Source: a virus (lineage: Duplodnaviria; Heunggongvirae; Uroviricota; Caudoviricetes). From it: a stretch of 43,385 nucleotides of DNA. Shown in pieces: positions 1-8,126 of the stretch. A model generated the notes under the pieces. The model was not told where the DNA came from, made no database searches, and saw only the letters and a list, made by a program, of their open reading frames with translations. The stretch covers positions 1 to 43,385 of IMG/VR virus record IMGVR_UViG_2778261121_000005, one strand, 5' to 3'. Positions within the stretch are counted from its first letter, which is position 1. Each line of letters begins with the position of its first letter. Both the position numbers and the translations under genes were made by a program.

Positions 1-1131
1 CTAAGCCGCGTGCTGCGATTCAGGGTTTACAGGCTCTCCGTGGGCTAACACTGCCAGCCCGGCAGCTTTAATATTACGTGCCGCGTTAATGTCGCGATCA
101 TGGTCTGCGCCGCATTCAGGGCAGTGCCATTTACGAACATTAAGAGGCATTTTTTGCATGGTGAAACCGCAGCAACTACAGCATTTTGAGGACGGTAAAT
201 ACTGGTCAATGGCGACCACTGACCGCCCGGCCCATTTGCCTTTGTACTGGAGCTGGCGAACAAGTTCGCTCCAGCCTGCGTCAGCTATTGCTTTAGACAG
301 CTTCGGGTTGCGGATCATGTTTTTCACCTTGAGGGATTCGACGCAAACAACTTGGTTTTCGTTAATCAGTTTGCGGGACAACTTGTGCAGATTGTCCATC
401 CGGCAATCGGCGATTTTCGCGTGGAGTCGGGCGACCTTTAAGCGGGCTTTAATACGGTTTCTTGAGCCTTTTTGCTTCCTGCTTAAACGTCGCTGTAGCA
501 GCGTTAATCGCTTCGCATATTTAGCGGTGTGGCGGGGATTGTCGGTTTTGAATCCGGTATCGGTGACGAATAAATCTTTTAAGCCCACATCAATGCCGAC
601 CGTTTTAGCGGTAACAGGCATTGATACAGGTTCAAACTCACACAGGCAGGAAACAAAGTACCTGCCAGCGCTATCTCTGGAAATGGTAACGGTTGACGGC
701 GCAGATGGTAATTCTCGACTCCAGCGAACATCCAGCGGCGACTTGCTCTTTGCTATATACAACTCGCCGTCACGGTGTTTAAACGCGCTGGCAGTGAACT
801 CAGCCACCTGTTTGTGCCGTTTGCTTTTGAAAGCCGGATATGCAGCTCGTCCGGCAAAGAAGTTAGCAAAGGCGGCTTGTTGGTGGCGCAACGACTGCTG
901 GAGGGGAACGCAGGAAACATCATTCAGCCATATGTATTCAGGCTCTTTTTTGAGCGCCGTAAGGCGAGCGTTGGCCTGTAGATAACCGATCTTTTCTTTT
1001 CGCTCGTAGTACGCATCGGTACGCCAACGAAGGATGGAATTGTAGACGAAGCGCACACAGCCAAACGTCTGAGCTAAAAGCTCAGCCTGCTCAGTTGTCG
1101 GGTAAAACCGGTATTTATATGCGCGTTTCAT
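1..1131 (-). CDS. tnpB: IS200/IS605-family TnpB (OrfB) RNA-guided nuclease-like protein, complete 376 aa
   Basis: Full ORF with stop at 1..3. C-terminal CxxC...CxxC zinc finger (CCSCCG...CPECG) followed by DRDINAARNI, and a GIDVGL aspartate motif typical of RuvC-like OrfB proteins. No tnpA between its start and ybhB. Confidence 0.85.
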   Translation of the reverse strand: MKRAYKYRFYPTTEQAELLAQTFGCVRFVYNSILRWRTDAYYERKEKIGYLQANARLTALKKEPEYIWLNDVSCVPLQQSLRHQQAAFANFFAGRAAYPAFKSKRHKQVAEFTASAFKHRDGELYIAKSKSPLDVRWSRELPSAPSTVTISRDSAGRYFVSCLCEFEPVSMPVTAKTVGIDVGLKDLFVTDTGFKTDNPRHTAKYAKRLTLLQRRLSRKQKGSRNRIKARLKVARLHAKIADCRMDNLHKLSRKLINENQVVCVESLKVKNMIRNPKLSKAIADAGWSELVRQLQYKGKWAGRSVVAIDQYLPSSKCCSCCGFTMQKMPLNVRKWHCPECGADHDRDINAARNIKAAGLAVLAHGEPVNPESQHAA

Positions 1132-1239
1132 GTGTTCACATACTAAAGAGGAAAATGTGATTATGCAAAGTACAGTTAGTCGGAAAACCGCCTCCTTTCC
1201 TCCCCGGTCTGAAGGCCGAGGTTTCCCGGAGGCATTCTA

Positions 1240-1716
1240 ATGAAACTCATCAGTAACGATCTGCGCGATGGCGATAAGCTGCCGCATCGTCATGTCTTTA
1301 ACGGCATGGGTTACGATGGCGATAATATTTCACCGCATCTGGCGTGGGATGATGTTCCTGTGGGAACGAAAAGTTTTGTTGTCACCTGCTATGACCCGGA
1401 TGCGCCAACCGGCTCCGGCTGGTGGCACTGGGTAGTTGTTAATTTACCCGCTGATACCCGCGTATTACCGCAAGGGTTTGGCTCTGGTCTGGTAGCTATG
1501 CCAGACGGCGTTTTGCAGACGCGTACCGACTTTGGTAAAACCGGGTACGATGGCGCAGCGCCGCCGAAAGGCGAAACCCATCGCTACATTTTTACCGTTC
1601 ACGCGCTGGATGTAGAACGTATTGATGTCGATGAAGGTGCCAGCGGCGCGATGGTCGGGTTTAACGTTCATTTTCACTCTCTGGCGAGTGCCTCGATTAC
1701 TGCGATGTTTAGTTAA
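1240..1716 (+). CDS. ybhB: PEBP/UPF0098-family protein, host gene flanking att-lambda
   Basis: 158 aa with PEBP motifs (DPDAP, GxHRY); sits next to the bacterial B' arm of the att site; SD GGAGG upstream. Confidence 0.85.
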   Translation: MKLISNDLRDGDKLPHRHVFNGMGYDGDNISPHLAWDDVPVGTKSFVVTCYDPDAPTGSGWWHWVVVNLPADTRVLPQGFGSGLVAMPDGVLQTRTDFGKTGYDGAAPPKGETHRYIFTVHALDVERIDVDEGASGAMVGFNVHFHSLASASITAMFS

Positions 1717-1806
1717 TCACTCTGCCAGATGGCGCAATGCCATCTGGTATCACTTAAAGGTATTAAAAACAACTTTTTGTCTTTTTACCTTCCCGTTTCG
1801 CTCAAG

Positions 1807-1821
1807 TTAGTATAAAAAAGC
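1807..1821. repeat. att core (O) copy at the tailspike-side junction, flanked by bacterial B' arm and phage P arm
   Basis: TTAGTATAAAAAAGC, reverse complement of the lambda core GCTTTTTTATACTAA; preceded by CGTTTCGCTCAAG (bacterial B' arm), followed by lambda-like P-arm sequence. Confidence 0.9.
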
Positions 1822-1980
1822 TGAACGTGAAACATTAAAAACCATTAATATCAATGTGTTATAATATCTTTAGTCTAAAAAATAGACTGCATAATGCTAC
1901 AAAACACAACATATCCAGTCACTATGAATCAACCACTTAGATGGTATTAGTGACCTGTAACAGAGCATTAGCGCAAGGTG
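1822..1980. promoter_or_regulatory. attP P-arm-like region (Int arm-type / IHF / Xis binding region)
   Basis: AT-rich sequence closely resembling the lambda P arm as I recall it (e.g. ...CAGTCACTATGAATCAAC...TTAGATGGTATTAGTGACCTGTAACAG). Confidence 0.6.
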
Positions 1981-2108
1981 ATTTTTTGTCTTCTTGCGCT
2001 AATTTTTTGTCATAAAAACATGTCGCACTCCAGAGAAGCACAAAGCCTTGCAATCCAGTGCAAAGCTTTGTGTACCTTAGTTTTGTTTCATAGGTAACTC
2101 TGTGTTAA

Positions 2109-2393
2109 CTACGATGCAAGAATCCATACCAATAAGCATCCGATAATTGGGAAAGAAAAATCCAACAAACTTCCCACATCCCACACGCGTGGATCAAAAC
2201 CTCCCCACCACGGCATGTTGACACGTTTCCCTTTCCCAAACTTTTCTATCCAGCGATATTCTGCCTGGGTGTGTTCACGCGCAATGAAGAACGTACAACC
2301 GGCTATCGCACCGTAAGCCCAGTTTCCGGTAAAAAATACCAACCAGTACCTGAGCCGCAAAAGCGCAAAGCGAGTGAAGAAATGGAGTGACAT
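2109..2393 (-). CDS. hypothetical hydrophobic protein between tailspike and att
   Basis: 94-aa ORF from ATG at 2393 (track ORF begins at a TTG at 2396); hydrophobic segments; no convincing SD; sits where P22-like phages carry lysogenic-conversion genes. Confidence 0.3.
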   Translation of the reverse strand: MSLHFFTRFALLRLRYWLVFFTGNWAYGAIAGCTFFIAREHTQAEYRWIEKFGKGKRVNMPWWGGFDPRVWDVGSLLDFSFPIIGCLLVWILAS

Positions 2394-2405
2394 CAATGCT
2401 CTTAA

Positions 2406-4463
2406 TCATGAAACTTCCCCATTGGTTGAAAATATGGCTCCTCCAACTCCAAGTGTATTTCGTGTTGTGCTCAACCTAAGAGGGCTGGAGTCAGAATTAG
2501 AATATCCTGTAGCAGAAATAAAAGATCCTCCACTAATAGTCAACTGCGGAACATCGGCTATATCTGAATAAGTTCTGTCAGCAACAGTATTATTTATAGC
2601 CACATGTGATCCAAAAAAACTTCTTATTGTTTGGTTTTTAACTTTACTTCCTTCAATGGTTATCCTACTACCACAGTCGGCAATAAATCCTGAATCTGCA
2701 TCCAGCGTTGCATTCATAAAAGAAGCTTCAGATCTCTCTACATCAATCCATCTAATATCTTTTGTGGGATTTGCACCAAATACATGACAAATATTAGAGT
2801 TAAACCTTACTCCATCTTGGAGGTGCATTAATTTTTTTATATCTGTACCCCATAGCCTTGGAAAATTAACAGATGCTCCTGCATGGCAATCAAATCCCAA
2901 CTCAGCCCCTGAGATATCTACAGCCTTTCCTGAAATAACAGCACCAGTGTCTGCATTAACGGCTGTTCCACAATTGCGCATATCATTACCAGCAACATCA
3001 ACACAACCCGCACCATCAATACGCACACCAAGTGCACATCCATAAAAACCTTTTTCAATATTTGGTTCAAGGACTTTACCACTTGTTTCTGCATCACTTT
3101 CTTCAACGTCATGTCGTCTTGCATCAACATATGCTGTATGAATGCAGGTTAATCCACGATATGAGCAATGTATAGTTTTATGGTCGCGTATATTAACATT
3201 TGAACCATCTCTTACATTCCACCCTATATAACAATAGCTTGCACTTGACCCCTGAAAATCTGCTTTAACATTATAAATACAATTAACTGACGCAACCGTA
3301 CTCTCTGTGCACCGTTCAAACTTGCTTACAGGCATTGATGCCTTGACATTATTTACCAGTTGCAGGGAAGAGTATCTGCTATAAGAAAAATCACATACGT
3401 AATACCCTTCTGGCATATATGCAGCAACACTTTCCTCATCAGGAGCACATCCGGTATGATATGCACTAATTTTTGCACCAAAACTACCATGAATTCCAAC
3501 GTAGAACTTTCGAGCACCTGAATACGGATAGAAATTAAGTTCAGCTTTTTGAGTTACAATAAATGCACAAACATCGCTATCATCTCTATTTTCTTCGATC
3601 TGAATAGCAAATACAGGACTTTTTGCTGCATCGCAAATGTAAAATAAATACTTGTATTCGTAATACGTTCTAACGGTTTTAGTAAACAAACGAGTGTCAG
3701 AGAAAACCACTGAGTCTTCTGATATTATTTTAATCCATGATAAGTCACATCCTGCTGAAATTTCTATTTGCTCATTGAGCACAAAACCGGAAAGAATTTT
3801 AATTATGCAAAAGCCAATGCCATTTTTCCATAGTGGACGCAGTGCAACAGCCGAGTTTAGAGCATCACTAATAGATTTAAAATTACCATATTCCCCAACT
3901 GTTATTGTGAATGCATACCTGGAATTAAATACTGCGGCACTATCTCCAGAGTTAATAGCTGCAGATATCATGTCATAATTTGATATAAAATCATTTGGCG
4001 TGATTATTTCTGCGTTTTTATTGTGCTGGGTTCTAAGTTTTGAATTTACATGAACACTTTTAACTGCAATACGGGAGTCGTCAACAAGTATTTCATTACC
4101 CTCTGTTGCTAACTCTTGTCTTAACTGATCCGGGTCATACTTCAGCACATTCGGAAAATAGAACTGCTGTGAACCATATGCATCATAAACAGCCATAGAA
4201 TGACCCTGCACAGTAACGAACTTGGCAATCTGTCCGTTATATACCGGATATCCAGCAGCGTTAATGATGATTGGTTGCGAAACAGGAACGTGAGAACCGT
4301 CTTCGTTTTCCACATAAACCTGAATCTGGTTTTCAGGATTTACCGGGTCAGTGTCAATTTTACCGATATAAATTTTTCCATTGGCTACGGCTTTAAAAGA
4401 ACGAGCCATAGTGAAGAGTTGCGAAGGCATACTCACTACAACATTGGCTGTAATGTCTGTCAT
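2406..4463 (-). CDS. tailspike protein with P22 gp9-type head-binding N-terminal domain and divergent receptor-binding domain
   Basis: N-terminal ~110 aa ([11 protein letters not shown]...[33 protein letters not shown]...[14 protein letters not shown]...NVLKYDPDQ) closely matches the P22 tailspike head-binding domain as I recall it; the rest differs from P22. Confidence 0.9.
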   Translation of the reverse strand: MTDITANVVVSMPSQLFTMARSFKAVANGKIYIGKIDTDPVNPENQIQVYVENEDGSHVPVSQPIIINAAGYPVYNGQIAKFVTVQGHSMAVYDAYGSQQFYFPNVLKYDPDQLRQELATEGNEILVDDSRIAVKSVHVNSKLRTQHNKNAEIITPNDFISNYDMISAAINSGDSAAVFNSRYAFTITVGEYGNFKSISDALNSAVALRPLWKNGIGFCIIKILSGFVLNEQIEISAGCDLSWIKIISEDSVVFSDTRLFTKTVRTYYEYKYLFYICDAAKSPVFAIQIEENRDDSDVCAFIVTQKAELNFYPYSGARKFYVGIHGSFGAKISAYHTGCAPDEESVAAYMPEGYYVCDFSYSRYSSLQLVNNVKASMPVSKFERCTESTVASVNCIYNVKADFQGSSASYCYIGWNVRDGSNVNIRDHKTIHCSYRGLTCIHTAYVDARRHDVEESDAETSGKVLEPNIEKGFYGCALGVRIDGAGCVDVAGNDMRNCGTAVNADTGAVISGKAVDISGAELGFDCHAGASVNFPRLWGTDIKKLMHLQDGVRFNSNICHVFGANPTKDIRWIDVERSEASFMNATLDADSGFIADCGSRITIEGSKVKNQTIRSFFGSHVAINNTVADRTYSDIADVPQLTISGGSFISATGYSNSDSSPLRLSTTRNTLGVGGAIFSTNGEVS

Positions 4464-4595
4464 TTAATTTGCTCCAGATACAAGGAATCGCCGCAGCATG
4501 GCTACGGTTGGTATTTGTTGCATACCGAAATGGTACTATTGTTGATTTGTACAGTAGGTTTTACGATGCCATTCCACCCATTTGGTGAGGCATTG

Positions 4596-4853
4596 ATGAT
4601 GTACAGCAAATACGATGAGGCGCAGTTCCACTTGAGGCTTACGCACGAGTTGCACGCTAAGATTAAGCAACGTGCAAAAATGAATAACAGGTCTATCAAT
4701 TCCGAAATTGTGGCTACGATGGAAGAATCACTCTCCAAACCATCACCTGTAAGCGGGTATCGTGATGAAGAAGAGAGGCTGGCCTCATTAATCTCGGAAC
4801 GAGTAAAAGAAGTTGTGGCTGATATCCTTAGAAAAGAAAAAACCCGCGATTAA
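4596..4853 (+). CDS. mnt: Mnt-like ribbon-helix-helix repressor
   Basis: 85 aa; NNRSINSEIVATMEESLSKPSPVSGYRDEEERLA resembles P22 Mnt (NGRSMNSELLQIVQDALSKPSPVTGYRNDAERLA); SD GGTGAGG upstream. The track ORF extends upstream without support. Confidence 0.8.
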   Translation: MMYSKYDEAQFHLRLTHELHAKIKQRAKMNNRSINSEIVATMEESLSKPSPVSGYRDEEERLASLISERVKEVVADILRKEKTRD

Positions 4854-4867
4854 GCGGGTTTAGTTGG

Positions 4868-5089
4868 TTAGTTATCAAAAAGTCCGTACGTTTCTTCTTC
4901 TTCAGGTGTAAGGGGAAGAATCTCTACTCTATCTATAGATACCTTTTCAATGTACCCATGAGGTCTACTTAAAATTAAAGCTCTCTCATGCCACAGAACT
5001 CCAAGAATGTGATACCTTCCAGCATCGCCTTTTACCCTGGCCCTTCCTTTGATTCTTGGCGGCATAATGCCATATTTTTTCTTTGCCAT
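4868..5089 (-). CDS. hypothetical small protein (73 aa)
   Basis: ATG overlaps the stop of the upstream gene (TAATG), suggesting translational coupling in the ant operon. Confidence 0.5.
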   Translation of the reverse strand: MAKKKYGIMPPRIKGRARVKGDAGRYHILGVLWHERALILSRPHGYIEKVSIDRVEILPLTPEEEETYGLFDN

Positions 5090-5817
5090 TATGCAACATT
5101 ACTCCCATGAATCAGGTGTTGTAGTGCTTTAACACCTTCCGCATTGTAGCGGAATGCTTCCACCTGTTTGCTGGAATGCGCAGATTTATCCAGGAAGAAC
5201 TTACCGTACTGCTCAGTTTTGAGGTTGTTTGCGTTAGCAATGCGACCAATCTTGTTGGCCGTTACTCCAAGCTGCTCTGCAACCTCCCCTGCTGAGTAGT
5301 AATGCTCTTCTATTGCTGGAAGAGGTATTGCATTAAAACCAACGATCGGGTTGATTATGCTTGCTGCCGCAGTCTGCTTTGCTTCCGGCGCAAGATTTGG
5401 CATCAGATCGAACAGATTGGTAACAGCTTCAACCGTCATTTTCAGTGTTCGCGCTTGACGATACTCAATAAGTCCACTCGCTGATTTACCGCTTTTAATG
5501 TGCTCTTCTTGCATACTTTCAAGTTGGTCTACCAGTGAGCGGCGAACGGCTTTTGACTCGCGAGCGGCAACTCGCAATGCTTGCTTGATTGACATCTCAA
5601 TGATAACCATCGAAGTTTTGTTCGCTTTTTGCACTACACTTTTTGTGTAGTGCTCTCCATCCAATTCATCTTCAATTTTCTCGATGAATTTGTTATTACG
5701 AACCTCCGGCTCACCGCACTGTCTACGAGCCTGATTTACCATCTCAAGCAGGCGCTGGCTGTCAATGGTTTTATCCGTGACAACGGATCCGATGTTTGCT
5801 ACATTCTTCAAAGTCAT
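5089..5817 (-). CDS. antirepressor-like protein (Rha-like N-terminus, KilA-C/ANT-like C-terminus)
   Basis: 242 aa from internal ATG with SD AAGGAA; C-terminal segment YYSAGEVAEQLGVTANKIGRIANANNL resembles KilAC-type domains. Domain assignment is from memory. Confidence 0.5.
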   Translation of the reverse strand: MTLKNVANIGSVVTDKTIDSQRLLEMVNQARRQCGEPEVRNNKFIEKIEDELDGEHYTKSVVQKANKTSMVIIEMSIKQALRVAARESKAVRRSLVDQLESMQEEHIKSGKSASGLIEYRQARTLKMTVEAVTNLFDLMPNLAPEAKQTAAASIINPIVGFNAIPLPAIEEHYYSAGEVAEQLGVTANKIGRIANANNLKTEQYGKFFLDKSAHSSKQVEAFRYNAEGVKALQHLIHGSNVA

Positions 5818-5905
5818 TAGGCATTCCTTATGTGGTAGTAAGGGTGTGACATAGGCCGCCAGCAGCACACTGGCGGTTTTCTTTTTGCGCCGTCCGGCGC
5901 ACCAA

Positions 5906-6532
5906 TCAATGAATCCATTCCTCGCCGCGAAGTTTTGCCAGCATTGGCTGAGCGTTCTTTACGACAAAATTGTTGGTATCAAGATTCTTCATTTCACGAA
6001 GAAGTGATTTCTTGGTTTCTTCTGACATGTAGCGAGTCTCATATGCAATATCGTAAATCCTTCCTGAAAGCTCAGAACCAATTTGCTTCATTCCTGGGTA
6101 GATGTGTTTGCACATTTGTTGACTCTTCTCCATCCACAATTGTAAGTAGCAGAGATTAACCAGTTCTTCGTCAGTAAACTGTTTTGCAATCGGTGAGCAT
6201 TCTGCCTGCCGATCCAAAATATCCAGCACCCAGCGGCGGAACTCTTTGGCTACCGGAGTGCGAGCAAACATCGCGATTAGGTGGGCACCGCGTAGTGAGA
6301 AAACTCGCACTTTTTTGCGATAATTTCCTGAGGTACTCACTTCGAGTACCTGAGTCATTCCGGCGCTAAACTCATCGTTATACTTGTTATAAATCATTGT
6401 TACTGCACGACTATTTGCGTATTTAAGTGCAGATGCAATATTAGATGATGTAAACCAAACACCATGCATATCACGGGTGGGCACCAACTCAACTCCGTGG
6501 AAGTTGTAATCTGATTTTGCTACAATATTCAT
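5906..6532 (-). CDS. ant: antirepressor-like protein with Bro-N-type N-terminal domain
   Basis: 208 aa from ATG with SD AAGGAAA; N-terminus (NFHGVELVPTRDMHGVWFTSSNIASALKY) resembles Bro-N domains; immediately downstream of the arc-like gene as in P22 immI. Confidence 0.6.
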   Translation of the reverse strand: MNIVAKSDYNFHGVELVPTRDMHGVWFTSSNIASALKYANSRAVTMIYNKYNDEFSAGMTQVLEVSTSGNYRKKVRVFSLRGAHLIAMFARTPVAKEFRRWVLDILDRQAECSPIAKQFTDEELVNLCYLQLWMEKSQQMCKHIYPGMKQIGSELSGRIYDIAYETRYMSEETKKSLLREMKNLDTNNFVVKNAQPMLAKLRGEEWIH

Positions 6533-6605
6533 GTTAGTTTCCTTGCATACGGTTACTGACATAGAGGCCCGGTTTGTGTTCGCGCACTTCCGGGCTTCAC
6601 TATTT

Positions 6606-6779
6606 TTACTGGGCATTAGCTCTTTCCTCTCTCAGGCTTTTAGCCAGTCGCTGCACAATCGCAGAGTTGATAGAAATTCCATCCATTTCAGCAACACGTC
6701 TAATCTCCTCCTTCATTCGCGCTGGCAAACGAAGCTGGAAACTTTGACTTTTACGACCAGTGTAAAGCACATCTTTCAT
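6606..6779 (-). CDS. arc: Arc-like ribbon-helix-helix repressor
   Basis: 57 aa from ATG with SD GGGAGGA; FQLRLPARMKEEIRRVAEMDGISINSAIVQRL matches the RHH beta-strand/helix pattern. Confidence 0.7.
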   Translation of the reverse strand: MKDVLYTGRKSQSFQLRLPARMKEEIRRVAEMDGISINSAIVQRLAKSLREERANAQ

Positions 6780-6890
6780 AAGTAATCCTCCCACAATGAT
6801 ACCAACTTGGTTCTAGAACCAATTTAACACCATTTATTTTGATGTCAAGTTGGTGCTATTGTTTAGCGAACATCTTTACGTTGAGGTCAT

Positions 6891-7211
6891 ATGAGCAAGT
6901 TCCCTAGTCATGAAATGGATAGGTTCAATATCAGGCTTCCTGCAGGAATGCGGGATGCTATAGCTGAACGAGCCAAACGTAACGGCAGATCAATGAACTC
7001 AGAGATTGTTCAGATACTGGAAGATGCCTTGAATGCAGAAAATACACTCGGGGAAATAGCAGATAAAATCAACAGCGTCTCGGTTCCGCTAAATGTTGAT
7101 GCGCTAGTTCAACTTCAAGCCCAGGTTATCGCCATGCAAAAAGAAATACAGGAAAAGTTCAGAGAGCAGAACGAAAAGTTGAGAGAACTGCTAAACAAAA
7201 AACCCACCTGA
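6891..7211 (+). CDS. ribbon-helix-helix (Arc/Mnt/MetJ-type) transcriptional regulator, divergent from arc-ant
   Basis: 106 aa; FNIRLPAGMRDAIAERAKRNGRSMNSEIVQILEDAL is an RHH signature; C-terminal coiled-coil-like tail. Confidence 0.75.
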   Translation: MSKFPSHEMDRFNIRLPAGMRDAIAERAKRNGRSMNSEIVQILEDALNAENTLGEIADKINSVSVPLNVDALVQLQAQVIAMQKEIQEKFREQNEKLRELLNKKPT

Positions 7212-7236
7212 CGGTGGGTTAATTTTTGCCTTTTTT
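7197..7236 (+). terminator. rho-independent terminator (possibly bidirectional)
   Basis: AACCCACC-tgac-GGTGGGTT stem followed by T-rich run; A-run on the other side. Confidence 0.7.
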
Positions 7237-7309
7237 GGACCATATTGACTACTCATAAAATGAGATCAATATTTAATCGCCCAATAACGGGTGCATGTTG
7301 AGGTATATC

Positions 7310-7489
7310 ATGGCGAAAAAACCAGGTGAAAACACAGGAAAAAACGGCGGAATATACCAAGAAGTTGGCCCGCGCGGAGGTAAGAAAGACAATTTTGCCA
7401 CCGTCAAGGACAACGAAAGGCTTCCGCCAACAACAAAGCCAGGTCATGGCTGGGTATTAGATAAGCGAACTCCAGACAGCAAAAAGTAA
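7310..7489 (+). CDS. small hydrophilic Gly/Lys-rich protein (59 aa) with its own promoter and terminator
   Basis: SD GAGGT 5 nt before ATG; upstream TTGACT-N17-AATATT with inverted repeat CTCATAAAATGAG in the spacer; terminator right after the stop. Confidence 0.5.
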   Translation: MAKKPGENTGKNGGIYQEVGPRGGKKDNFATVKDNERLPPTTKPGHGWVLDKRTPDSKK

Positions 7490-7495
7490 TAATCA

Positions 7496-7519
7496 AGCCG
7501 GGTCACTCCGGCTTTTTGA
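7496..7519 (+). terminator. rho-independent terminator
   Basis: AGCCGG-gtcact-CCGGCT followed by TTTTTG. Confidence 0.65.
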
Positions 7520-7868
7520 TATGTCGCTCGCAGAACTCAACAAGCCTGCTCATTAAGTAGCAGTAAGTCTCGTTAGCTCTTCCTGGTTCAACATCAACGC
7601 CGACCCTTGAGCAGATATCGAATGCCATGTGAGCGCACTCATGGGCAATAGTAGATAGTTTGCCATTGAACACACCTATCACATGCAAAACACCATTCTC
7701 GCTGCTCATTGTATGAGACGCTCCGTTGGCATCCGAGTCCTGCACGTCCACGCCAAGTTTTTGATGCAGGCGTTGCCATTCTGGAAAGTCTCTGCAAAAC
7801 ACAATCGTACCGCTCTCAAAGAGCGGTACGAGCATCTTTGGTACGTTTCCAATGTTAACTTTTTTCAT
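7503..7868 (-). CDS. hypothetical protein with HExxH zinc-metallopeptidase-like motif
   Basis: 121 aa from internal ATG; contains IAHECAHMAF (HExxH) with downstream acidic residues. Confidence 0.5.
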   Translation of the reverse strand: MKKVNIGNVPKMLVPLFESGTIVFCRDFPEWQRLHQKLGVDVQDSDANGASHTMSSENGVLHVIGVFNGKLSTIAHECAHMAFDICSRVGVDVEPGRANETYCYLMSRLVEFCERHIKKPE

Positions 7869-7898
7869 GGTATCCTGCACAAAACTAAGGAGGTTGGT

Positions 7899-8126
7899 GT
7901 GAAGCGATGGTTCCTCATAATTACTGTTTTCGCGATCATTTACACTATTTTCCCTGCATTAAAAGCACCAATGCAAATAATTTCACTAGCAATAATTGCA
8001 ATTGGTGCTTTCATTGCAGTATCCGTACTTGTGTTTAAGGTTTTAAAGTTTTTAGTTTGGCTATCAAAAGATGATGGATGCAAAGTTCATCAAGAAAAAG
8101 AAGGCAAAATAACCAAAGTTGACTAA
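7899..8126 (+). CDS. small membrane protein (two predicted TM helices)
   Basis: GTG start 5 nt after a perfect AAGGAGG; hydrophobic stretches WFLIITVFAIIYTIF and IISLAIIAIGAFIAVSVLVF; converges on the ejection-protein gene with a 3-nt stop overlap. Confidence 0.55.
   Translation: MKRWFLIITVFAIIYTIFPALKAPMQIISLAIIAIGAFIAVSVLVFKVLKFLVWLSKDDGCKVHQEKEGKITKVD

Noticed and set aside
1724-1746. 9-bp perfect hairpin (CCAGATGGC-gcaat-GCCATCTGG) just after ybhB
   Set aside because: It is in host DNA outside the prophage and has no adjacent T-run; probably an ordinary host 3' stem-loop rather than anything phage-related.
7253-7447. 64-aa minus-strand ORF overlapping the 7310..7489 small gene
   Set aside because: The plus-strand gene has a proper SD, promoter-like element and terminator; the minus-strand ORF has none and is treated as its shadow.
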